Part shown: in pieces, positions 53,664 to 63,129 of the stretch | How the letters are laid out: each line of letters starts with the position of its first letter | How positions within the stretch are numbered: the stretch's first letter is position 1 | NCBI RefSeq assembly: GCF_000142905.1 | Contig: NW_013657647.1 | Location: forward strand, 62,001-126,000 | DNA length: 64,000 bases | Direction of reading: 5' to 3' | Source: Thecamonas trahens ATCC 50062 | Lineage: Eukaryota > Protista > Apusomonadida | Program-made: the position numbers and the translations under genes | Notes under the pieces: generated by a model | What the model was told of the DNA's origin: nothing | What the model saw: only the letters and a program-made list of their open reading frames with translations | Databases searched by the model: none

Positions 53664-55538
53664 ATGTCGCTTGACATCTGCTTTCTCCGCCTCAATGCAC
53701 TGCGCACATTGATGGCGCTGGCACTGGTGATGGCCGCCACAGCCACTGCCACTGCCACTGCCACAGCCAGCGCAAAGGTCGATGCGCGCCCCATCTTCCA
53801 CTTCCGCCCGCCAAAGCACTGGATTAACGATCCTTGCGCTCCGCTCTTTGACGCCCGCTCCGGTCTCTATCATCTCTTCTTTCAGTACAACCCGGAGGCC
53901 TCCGTCTGGGGCGACATGCACTGGGGTCACGCCGTCTCGCCCGATCTCATCCACTGGGACTATCTGCCCATTGCTCTTGCTCCGTCAGAGCCGTACGATG
54001 CCGCAGGTGTCTTTACTGGCTCTGCCGTCATTGCTCCAGATGGATCCATCGCTGTTCTGTACACTGGTGTCGCCGCCGGCCGCCCACTGACAGAGGCAGA
54101 GTCGGTCGACGTTGCTACCCCGATCAACGCCTCGGATCCGCTGCTAGAGGTGTGGACCAAGGCGCCGGCAAACCCGCTAGTCGCCGCGCGCCCTCTCCCT
54201 CCCGTCCTTGGCAACGACACCGCTTTTCGCGATCCGACTGAGCCGCTGGTTCTGGGCGACGGCGCGCCGCCGTTTGTGGTCCTCGGCGCAGGCGCAGAGT
54301 CGGGCAAGGGCATGGCCCTCCGCTACGCCCTCCCGCACTACCCATCACCACTCGGTATGCACTATCTTGACGTTCTACTTGCTGCAGACTCCTCGATCCT
54401 CGACGGCGCCATTTGGGAGTGCCCAGACCCGTTTGCCCTCGACCATCTGGCGGTTCTCAAGGTCTCGTCGCGCGCTCTCGGCTACGGCGATCACTACTAC
54501 TTTGGCGCCTCGCTTCGCCCCGGGCAACCTTTTGTGCCAGCTGTCCATGGCGTTGTCGACTTTGGCCAGGTCTATGCCTCCAAGTCGTTCACCGATCCCC
54601 TCTCGCACGCACGCATTCAGCTCGGCTGGTCGTCCGAGGGCGACTCGCAAGCCTCGCAAGTCGCACGCGGCTGGGCCGGCGTCCACGTCATTCCGCGGCG
54701 CCTCTCTCATGTCCTCGCAGCTTCTGGCTCACCGCTCCTCGCAGCCACTCCGATCCCAGCCCTCGACGCCCTGCGCGTGGCGTCGTCGCACGCCGCCGTG
54801 ACATCGCCGATCGTCTTTCCCGTCTCGGCACCCGCCGCCGACCTCCCGCCCGGATTCGAGGGTGCTACCGCCGACTTTGTGGCTTCGTTTATGGTGCCCC
54901 ACTCGCTTGCTTCGACTGCCAACACGACTCGTCCCGAGATCTTTGGCGTTAACGTCCGCGCCTCGCCCACCCTTGCTGAAGTCACCCGCGTCGGTATCGC
55001 GCTTGCCTCCCCGCCCGCCGGCATGCCCGGAGTCACGTTTCCTCACGCTACTCCGTACGAGCGCCTGGCATCGGTGGCCGATCCAAGATCATGTGGCAAA
55101 GCATGTGCTCAGTTTGAGCTCTGCGCTGGGTGGACCTGGCTCGCCAACGCCTCATGCGAGCTGTACTCGCTCACGGGCGTCCCGCGGCCCACCGCCTCCT
55201 CCACCGTCTCTGGCTGGCGCCCGCTGGTCTTTGTCGATCGCGCGCGCACATCGCTTGCGCCCGACCAAGAGACCTCGCCCAACTCGGGTATCCTTCCGCT
55301 CCTTGCGGCGGCGCCCGGCCGCGTCGACCTCCGCATTGTCCTCGACAACTCGATCGTCGAGGTCTTTGCCGCCACTGGCACCGCCCGCATCACCTCGCGC
55401 ATCTACCCCACCCTCCCATCGTCAACCTTGCTCTCGATCTTCGCCGACAGTCTCGCCTCCCACGTAGCCCTTGAAGTCGCTGACATGTGGGCCATGCAGC
55501 CTGCCGATGGTGTGCTGCTCGGCGTCGGCCGTCAATGA
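53664..55538 (+). CDS. Secreted GH32 beta-fructofuranosidase/invertase-like enzyme with a PAN/apple-like insertion
   Basis: Signal-like LMALALVMAATATA; RPIFHF..WINDP (nucleophile), HWGHAVSPDL, FTGSA, FRDP, WECPD, YASKSF, DNSIVEVF; Cys-rich insert SCGKACAQFELCAGWTW..SCEL. Start chosen downstream of the microsatellites. Confidence 0.92.
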   Translation: MSLDICFLRLNALRTLMALALVMAATATATATATASAKVDARPIFHFRPPKHWINDPCAPLFDARSGLYHLFFQYNPEASVWGDMHWGHAVSPDLIHWDYLPIALAPSEPYDAAGVFTGSAVIAPDGSIAVLYTGVAAGRPLTEAESVDVATPINASDPLLEVWTKAPANPLVAARPLPPVLGNDTAFRDPTEPLVLGDGAPPFVVLGAGAESGKGMALRYALPHYPSPLGMHYLDVLLAADSSILDGAIWECPDPFALDHLAVLKVSSRALGYGDHYYFGASLRPGQPFVPAVHGVVDFGQVYASKSFTDPLSHARIQLGWSSEGDSQASQVARGWAGVHVIPRRLSHVLAASGSPLLAATPIPALDALRVASSHAAVTSPIVFPVSAPAADLPPGFEGATADFVASFMVPHSLASTANTTRPEIFGVNVRASPTLAEVTRVGIALASPPAGMPGVTFPHATPYERLASVADPRSCGKACAQFELCAGWTWLANASCELYSLTGVPRPTASSTVSGWRPLVFVDRARTSLAPDQETSPNSGILPLLAAAPGRVDLRIVLDNSIVEVFAATGTARITSRIYPTLPSSTLLSIFADSLASHVALEVADMWAMQPADGVLLGVGRQ

Positions 55539-56899
55539 ACAACCACTTGTCTCTCTGGCTGCTGGCAGGCATGGCGACGTCATCGCGGACTATCGCCGGC
55601 ATTCTCGGCAAGCCGCGGTATTACACCAGCCCCAACGACACTATCTCGCACCATGAACGCGATCGGCTCCTCGCTGCGCCGCGCGGGGTGGCCGTCGACC
55701 CCAACTCGCGCGCCGTCGCCATCAACGACACTCGCGCCAGCCGTATCGCCGTCGTCTGGCCGGACGGGCGCTGGGAGACGCATCCGTCGCAGACCAAGGG
55801 CAACGACCTCCTCCTTCTCGACGGGTACCTTCTCAAGGCGATTGATGGAGGCATTGAGGTTATGGCCGTGCCCTCCAGCCTTGCTGGCCCCATCGCGACC
55901 GACGCGTCGGCGCCAGGCCATGCTCTCGTCGCCCTGGCGGACGACGCTCTTGCCGCACCGCCGCCCGGGGTAAGCAGCGAGCAGTCCGTCTCGGTCGACG
56001 ACCCGCTCGACGACAGCGTCCTTGCCCCACCAAAGTCGAACATGCTCTTTGGACTTGCCCACGACCCGCTCACAGGCACCGTCTTTGCTTCACATCCCGA
56101 CGCCGCCGCTGTCGTCGCCGCTACCGCTTGGCGCGAGCCGGGCGCCTCGCTCGCCCGCCTCCGTCTCGACACTTCGGGTCTCACTGCTCCGGACATTCAC
56201 TATCCGGATGGCCTAGTACTGTCACAGACAAGCGATGTGCTTTACCTCTCGTGCTTTCATCGTGTTCTGGCGCTGCATCTCGCCTCCGGCAACGTCTCGC
56301 TGGTGGCCGGCAGCACTGTTGCCGGCCACGTCGACGGTCTAGGCCCAGACGCCCGGCTCGACATGCCGACGAGTCTGGCCATGGACGGCGATGGCGCACT
56401 CCTTGTCGCCGATCGCTACAACAAGGTCATTCGCCGCATCGTGCTGCTTGCCGAGACTGGCCCGGGCCTCGTCTCCACTGTGGCAGGCACCGGAAGCTCT
56501 GGCGCGCGCGGCAAGCCGCTGGCGGCGGACCGTACGCCTTCGCCCATGTTCACCGCCAGCGACGGCCGCGGCAACCTCATTGTCTCCTCGTTTGATACTC
56601 ATTTGGTGTATGCAGTCCAAGGTGTGATGGCTCCCGGCCATCCCCACGCCCACCTCGCCGGTCGCCTTGGCTGGCGGCCGGCTACCTTCCGCCTCTACCC
56701 GGCGCGAGTCCGCGCCGCCATCCGAACGCTGTTGTTCATTGCACGGGCAGGATGGGATGCGGGTCGTGGGCGATACAGGTACGAGGCAACGTGCGCCCTC
56801 CCGCGGCTGCCCAACGAGCTGCTCCTGATGCTGTTCTCGTGGGTGGCCACCCCGCCGTGGCCGCCGGCCCTTACATGGGCGGATACTCCTCGGCCATGA
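55535..56899 (+). CDS. NHL-repeat beta-propeller protein with C-terminal F-box-like motif
   Basis: PRGVAVD, YPDGLVL, VAGS..GHVDG...ARLDMPTSLAMDGDGALLVADRYNKVIRRI; C-terminus LPRLPNELLLMLFSWV. Start 55535 or 55571. Confidence 0.8.
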   Translation: MNNHLSLWLLAGMATSSRTIAGILGKPRYYTSPNDTISHHERDRLLAAPRGVAVDPNSRAVAINDTRASRIAVVWPDGRWETHPSQTKGNDLLLLDGYLLKAIDGGIEVMAVPSSLAGPIATDASAPGHALVALADDALAAPPPGVSSEQSVSVDDPLDDSVLAPPKSNMLFGLAHDPLTGTVFASHPDAAAVVAATAWREPGASLARLRLDTSGLTAPDIHYPDGLVLSQTSDVLYLSCFHRVLALHLASGNVSLVAGSTVAGHVDGLGPDARLDMPTSLAMDGDGALLVADRYNKVIRRIVLLAETGPGLVSTVAGTGSSGARGKPLAADRTPSPMFTASDGRGNLIVSSFDTHLVYAVQGVMAPGHPHAHLAGRLGWRPATFRLYPARVRAAIRTLLFIARAGWDAGRGRYRYEATCALPRLPNELLLMLFSWVATPPWPPALTWADTPRP

Positions 56900-59312
56900 T
56901 GAGCACAACTAGCGTGGTCCATCCTGCGAACGGGTGAGTCCGCTGCCCGACGCCGTTAGTCGGCGAGTACTGCTCCCAAAAGTATCCGGTCTCGATGTAG
57001 TTGGACACAATAGTATCGACAACGTTGGCGCGGAGCGAAGCGTAAATCTGCTGCGCCCGTGCACGATGCGGGCCCTCGTCGACCGCGTACTTGTTGGCCA
57101 GCGCTGCGAGCGCCATGTAGTTGATGTTCATCCACACTGGTCCCTTCCAGTAGTTCTCACCGGTCCCGTAGTACGGGTCGGTGGCCGAGAGCGAGCGAAT
57201 TCCGCCGGGGCTCCACAGCGTGTCGGGATCGGCCATGTGGTCAAGGAGCCGGCCGACCCGCGGGTCGTCGGCCTCGAGGAGGCCGGTCAGCAGCGGAAAG
57301 AGCGACACATACCCCAGGAAGCACACCTGCATCTCGTCATGGACAGATCCAGTCCCGTCTGGGCCAGTGTCGCAGTAGTAACCGGCAGCCTCATTCCAGT
57401 GCACGTTGTGCAACGTGGTGAGAATCGAGGTGGCCTGCGCCTCGTAGCTCGTTGCTGCAGCCTCGTCGTCCAAAACCCGCGCCATATCCGCGAGCAGCCG
57501 CGCCGCAAGCACCATCCACGACGCAAGGTCAACGTGCTTTTCAAACGGCGACACAATCGGCGCCCGCGGATAGTCGTCGAGCCCCGACGTGAGTGTGTGG
57601 TTGGTCGTCCGGCCCTGCCACTTGAAGGTGTGCGGGAGGCTCCCGGCCTGGGTCGACTTGAACCACTCAAACTGGCGGGCCACAAGCGGGTACGCGTGCC
57701 GGAGAAAGGCAAGCGAGTCATGAAGCTCGGCATCGCCCGATGCCGGCAATCCCGAGGCCGCGGCTTCGTCCAGCGCAGCATGCAGGCGGGCCTGCATGCT
57801 GGCCAGCGGGAGCAGGAGCGTGGGTGGGTTGGCGTACACCCGAAACTGGGTCATAAACTCTTCCGGCACTCGCGACTCGGCCTCCGGGCCTAGAATCTGC
57901 TCGCGGGCAATCCATCCCTCGCTGTCCATCGACGCTAGCCACGATCCGAGAACCCGCTGCGAGAGCTCTTCGTTCCACGACGACATGACCAGCTGATGGA
58001 AACCCTCGTCCCACATGAATCCGCGCGGGAAGAAAGACCGCGACGGGACACAGGTCAAAAGCTCGTGCTCTGGTCCAAAAACAGGCCGTATCTTGTCGCT
58101 GGGCGCGGAACGGATCCGCGAGGCGCCATGAAAGTACGAGAGACCGCCGACCAGGTTTGAGAGCGCAGCCTTGGCCACCTGGACATACTGCGGAGTGTAC
58201 CCGGCAGCCGCCAGCCCGTAGCGCTCCTCAAACTCGCGATCAAAGGTCTCGGCCGCAGCATCAAGCGCAGACGTGAGGCCCTGGCCCACCAGCCCTGTCT
58301 CGCGCGCCATTGCCAACGCATCAGCGTCGGACGCGGAAGCTGCCTCTGGTGTGAGCAGAACAACAACGTCAAGCTCAAAGGCACCCGCCGCGTTGATCTG
58401 GACAAGCGCCACGTTGGAAGCTCCTGGGCCGGCAAGCGTGTTGGACAGCGTCGGTACAAGGCCTTCAGGCGGAGCGACGCGGTTCGCCTGTGTCCGGACC
58501 TTGTTCGGCTTACCAGCCTTGGCGGCAGCCGCGTCGATGGCCCGTGCCTTGGCGGTAAGCGTGGCCATGGCGCTGTCGCGCAGCTGGCCCTTGACGGCCT
58601 CGACAACCTGCCATACCTCGTTGGGAGGGAGGGTGAGCGTGGCTCCCGCCATCTTACTCGGGTCGCGCGCGCGCATCCGCTTGGCGTTGCGGATCTTGCC
58701 CGGGACCGGGAAGGCCTTGGCCACGTTACGCGGCGGGACGACGACGGTGATGTGCGGGAAGGCCGGTGATGAGCCGTGGAGAACCGTCGGCTCGGCGTGC
58801 CAGCTGCGGCCGGCCTTCTTGATGGACGCGCGCGAGTCTGCCGAGAAGTCAGCAACGCCGTCGACCGACGACAGGTAGAGGACAATAGAGAGCGGAGCGT
58901 CGCTAGGGAAACCCAGCAGCGGGGTACCAGCGATGCGGATGGCGCGCGGAGCGAGCGGATCCGGTGACTCAGCCGCCGGGATGAACGAGATGTTGAGAGC
59001 GTAGCCCATGGTGTTGTCGACGAGCGACTGATGGGCATAGTCAGCACCATTGTGAGCTGTCCACGAGTACATCCCCATACCATCCTCGGTAGTAGCATGG
59101 CGCGGAGAGAGGACATTGCGCAGCGGAGTCGGAGACCACCACATCATGCCCACAGTAGCCGGTGATGGCTCAGAGGTGGAGACGGCTGCAAAGAGGTTGG
59201 ACTTGTACGTGCCCCACTGCGCCGGTACGCTTCCTCCCACAGCCATAGCCACCATGCACAGCACCACACCCACCACAACCGCGACGCTCTCTCTAGCTAC
59301 TCTCCTGCCCAT
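56871..59312 (-). CDS. MOGS: Mannosyl-oligosaccharide glucosidase (ER glucosidase I, GH63)
   Basis: N-terminal TM, WGTYKSNLF, PSRSFFPRGFMWDEGFHQL, GWIAREQILG, TLTSGLDDYPRA, NYWKGPVWMNINY, GYFWEQY, FAGWT. Confidence 0.96.
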   Translation of the reverse strand: MGRRVARESVAVVVGVVLCMVAMAVGGSVPAQWGTYKSNLFAAVSTSEPSPATVGMMWWSPTPLRNVLSPRHATTEDGMGMYSWTAHNGADYAHQSLVDNTMGYALNISFIPAAESPDPLAPRAIRIAGTPLLGFPSDAPLSIVLYLSSVDGVADFSADSRASIKKAGRSWHAEPTVLHGSSPAFPHITVVVPPRNVAKAFPVPGKIRNAKRMRARDPSKMAGATLTLPPNEVWQVVEAVKGQLRDSAMATLTAKARAIDAAAAKAGKPNKVRTQANRVAPPEGLVPTLSNTLAGPGASNVALVQINAAGAFELDVVVLLTPEAASASDADALAMARETGLVGQGLTSALDAAAETFDREFEERYGLAAAGYTPQYVQVAKAALSNLVGGLSYFHGASRIRSAPSDKIRPVFGPEHELLTCVPSRSFFPRGFMWDEGFHQLVMSSWNEELSQRVLGSWLASMDSEGWIAREQILGPEAESRVPEEFMTQFRVYANPPTLLLPLASMQARLHAALDEAAASGLPASGDAELHDSLAFLRHAYPLVARQFEWFKSTQAGSLPHTFKWQGRTTNHTLTSGLDDYPRAPIVSPFEKHVDLASWMVLAARLLADMARVLDDEAAATSYEAQATSILTTLHNVHWNEAAGYYCDTGPDGTGSVHDEMQVCFLGYVSLFPLLTGLLEADDPRVGRLLDHMADPDTLWSPGGIRSLSATDPYYGTGENYWKGPVWMNINYMALAALANKYAVDEGPHRARAQQIYASLRANVVDTIVSNYIETGYFWEQYSPTNGVGQRTHPFAGWTTLVVLIMAEEYPPM

Positions 59313-60320
59313 GCCTATACTCGCTTGCTTGACCGCTGCGAGTGGTGTCTGTCCCGCCACGGCTCCGGCCCCTCAGCCCCAGGCCGCCCGCCCGGCTGTC
59401 ACCGACTGCCTCCTCGCAATCGTGCTGAGGTCACATCGTTGAGCGGGCAACACTCTCGGTTGCCGGCCGAGCGGTCGCTCTGCTGGCTTGACATTTCCTC
59501 GCATTTACTGTGCTGACCATCTCTGCCAGCACATCGTGCCGATTGGCACGGTGATCCGCGTGTCTATGAGCGCCCATCGATAGCTCGCATACACACGATA
59601 TCAAGGTAAGAATTGGGCGCCCAGAAGTCCGCCTGTCGTCGTCGTCGCGCATCGTCATCAAAGGGTTGGCGGGTGGGTTCCCGCTCCGTCGGAGCTGATT
59701 ATGTCAGACGCCATCGGAGCTCTTAGCCACTTTGCATCGCTCAGCCGAGTTAGCGACTCGTAGCAGTCGCGGCAACACTCACTCCGGTCGATGGACACCA
59801 GCTACATGACACGCGCTGCATCTGCCGATGGGGTGCTCGGGCGGTACGGAAGGACATGGGATCGTGTTCTTGGCTCCCACATCCATTCGACAACATGCTC
59901 CACAGCCGCTGCTGGGTATTGGCTTGGTATCGGCACCATTCCGGCGATGTGCCTGCGAATGGGGGAGCAGTGGCCTTGGTGGAGACTGCTCGGCAACATG
60001 ACTAGTATGTCTTCCATAGTAGGGGGTGTGCGTCACGTAGTCTCTCTGTGCATCGCACCCACAATGCCTGTGCCCCGTCGCCCATGCAAACATTGGAAGA
60101 CATTCTGGAAAGCCCTCGTCGCACGGCTTGCCCAAAAAAAGGTCGCAATTCTCATGGTCGCAAATCCTCTCAACTCGGCACGCGTGCGGGAGAGGCGGGA
60201 GAGGTAGGCCAGGCCATCCCCGCCACGTGGAAAGGGGGGCACGACCGCAAGCTGACCACCAGCTAAAGACAATACATCCACCACTTGTCCGTCGCCTGCC
60301 AACCGGCGGATAGCTTTGGC

Positions 60321-63116
60321 ATGAGAGTCTCCAACTACGAAGTGGATAATGTGGTGTTGGGGAAGGTATGTTCTCTCCAGGAGGGGGGGGGGGGGGGGGG
60401 GGGATAGGGTGCCTTTGGCGTAGTCTCGCTGGGCAAGCACATGGTAAGCAACCAGAAGGTGGCGATCAAGGCTGTCGAGACGAAGCTGTTGAACGCGGAG
60501 CAGAAACGGACCCTGGAGATTGAGGTGGAGGCGCTGGCCCGAGTCGCGCATCCCAACGTAGTGGCGCTGCTCGACGTGGTGCGGACGCCTGACACCGAAT
60601 TTCTCATCCTAGAGTACTGCGACGCAGGCGACGTGTTCGACTACCTCTCTGTCCACGGCTGCCTCAAAGAGGGTATGGCGGCCAAGGTGTTTGCGCAGCT
60701 AGCGTCGGGCCTGGCAGCCTGCCACGCTTCCGGCGTGGCGCACCGCGACCTCAAGCTCGAAAACGTCCTGCTCTCCGGCCATGATCTTAATGTCAAGATC
60801 AATGACTTTGGACTCGCTTGCCTGTTCTGTGACGGGCAGCGGGTGACCGAGAAGTGTGGAACGCCTGGGTACGCGCCGCCTGAGGTGGTCTCGCTGCCGG
60901 ACCTGCCCGAAGCGCGGGCCATGCACGGATACGACCCGCGGCTGGCGGATGTGTGGTCACTCGGTGTTGTCCTGTTTGCAATGCTTGTGGGCGCGCTGCC
61001 GTTTGGCGACTCGCTCGCGCCGCACGACGTTGCGTCACTGATGGACGCCGACCGAGTCATTGTGGAGATCCTTGAGGACCTTGACTTTGTGCCGGTTCCG
61101 GCGGCCTCGCTCCTCCGCGGCATCTTGCACAAGGAACCCGAGGCACGGCTCAATCTCTCGCAGATTCTTGCGCACCCATGGGTGACCCCGCACGTGCCCG
61201 ACACGCCGAAGCCACAGAGCTCGGTGGGCCGCCTCCGGGCGGCAACGTCGCTCTCCGACTTTAGTGAGCTTATTCTCCTTGGCAAGCATGCCAGTGCGTC
61301 GTCGCCGCTTGCGATGCCGTCAAACAGCCGCTCTGGGCCAGGAAACGGCCGCTTCGGGCCGCCGACGCTCACGCCGTCGCCGCAATCGATCCAGCTCCGC
61401 CAGCAAATGCTGGCGCGGCGGCGGCGGCAGCGATCGTCATCGCTGACTGGCTCGGCCTCGCTCATCAAGCGCATCAACTCGGGGTCGGGCATGCGGCCGC
61501 CATCGTCAGTCTTTGTGGGCGCGCGTGCTACCTCGCCGCGCGATGGCAACACGACGGGCGCGACTGGTCAATCGCCCATATTTGTCTTTTCTCGCCAGGA
61601 CTCGGGCACCTCGTTTGAATCCGAGTCGTCGATGGGAATGTTCGGCTCGCCCATCTCGGTCCTAGTGCCGTCGGCTTCTGTCGACTCGGAAAACGTTTCT
61701 GTTGGCTCGACTGACGAGCTCAACAACATCCTTGACGACGTTTTTGGCCAGATGGGCCACGGCCGCATCGAGTCTCCGATCTTCTCCAACGAAAGCACAC
61801 ATCACTCGCCGGCCATGCCCTTCCCGCACCTCCAGCAGCCGGCCTTGCTCCCGATGCCGTCGGGCGGATCGCCTTCTGGGCGCTCTGCGCGGCGGCGGTC
61901 AATCGCCGTCCACCCGACCCTCGAATCTAACTTTAACAATGTCGGCTCGCCGGTCTACCGTGGCGTAGCGCCTGCGCTGATGGGGATCCGCGACAATAGC
62001 CCGCCTGCTGGCGTCTTTAAGTCACCGTCGGACGCCTTGCAGGCCATTCCAGACGAGTCCGCCATGGCCGAGTGGAGCGCGCTGGCTGGTATGGTGAGTG
62101 GGGTGCGGTCGATCCGCTCGAGCTCGGCATCGTCCCATTCGACCCAGAGCTCGTTTTCGTCAACCGGGAGCCGATCGCATTGCAGCTCGTCAAGCACGCC
62201 GTCGTACTCGGACTCGGAGTCCGCGTCGGACTCTGCCGACACTGCACACGAGCGGCCCGACTCTGACGACGACAACGACGCCGCCGGTGTCTTCGAGGCC
62301 GACATCTCTGGCCTCATGCATCAGATGTCCGGCGACCAGATTGCGAACAACAGCTGTGGCAAGCCGAGCAAGTACGCCATGCCGCCGGCTAGCTTCAACA
62401 CCACCATGGAGGAGGTCAACTTGGTGCTCTCGGCGGCGCTCGGCGAGTCAACAAAGCTGTCGCCGCGGTCGCCGCGGCCTCGGCTCACGCCGCGCAACAA
62501 CGGCGAGCCGTTGCTCACGTCTCGGAGCTCCAAGAGCTCGGGCCGGAACACGCCAAAGGTGGTGGTCGGCTCGCCAGTCCTTGCGGGCGTCCACATCTCG
62601 ACGCCATCATCGAACCCGCTCAACATGTCGTTTTCGGCTGTGAACCTGCATGAGACGTCAGCAGCGGCCGACGAGGCACTCCGGGCTCCACGCGCTCCAC
62701 GGTTTGCCATGGCGGCGTCGACCACCTCGTCTCGCACCCCGATTGATCTGCTCAAGTATGTGGGCAGCAAACTTGCCGAGCTCTCGTCCGAGTACGTAGT
62801 GGAGCACTTGCAGTGGACCTTTTCCTGCTATCACATCTCGTCCGAGCTGGGTCAGTTGCTCTCCGGCGAGGCGAGCTCGTCGCCGGCGCAGACCTCGCTT
62901 GACAACATCATGTCGCCGTCGTCGCTGATGAGCCCGGTCTCAGCCACGCCTCTTGCGTTCACCATCGAGATCTGCCTTGTGCGCAATCTGGCACTCTCCG
63001 GTCTCAAGTTCCGCCGGCTACAGGGCTCACCGTGGGAGTACAAGCGCCGGCTGGGAGAGCTTCTAGAGCACGTCGGCCTTGCCAACGAGGGCAGCGCTGC
63101 TACGCCGTCCGGATAA
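60321..63116 (+). CDS. AMPK/MARK-related (CAMKL) Ser/Thr kinase with C-terminal KA1 domain
   Basis: Exon 60321-60365 plus a 42-nt intron 60366-60407 (GTATGT...TAG) restores the Gly loop LGKGAFGVV. VAIK, HRDLKLEN, DFG, GTPGYAPPE; KA1 FTIEIC...GLKFRRLQGSPWEYKR. Further upstream exons are possible. Confidence 0.92.
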
Positions 63117-63129
63117 AAGAACACTTGTT

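Noticed and set aside
52630-53674. (PD)n, (SG)n, (GV)n and (RG)n ORFs, including the long N-terminal extension of ORF 53145..55538
   Set aside because: Translations of stop-free hexanucleotide microsatellites; no evidence of coding.
53664-59312. GH32 + NHL + GH63 as a carbohydrate-utilisation cluster
   Set aside because: MOGS is a housekeeping ER N-glycan enzyme unrelated to fructan use; adjacency is probably chance.
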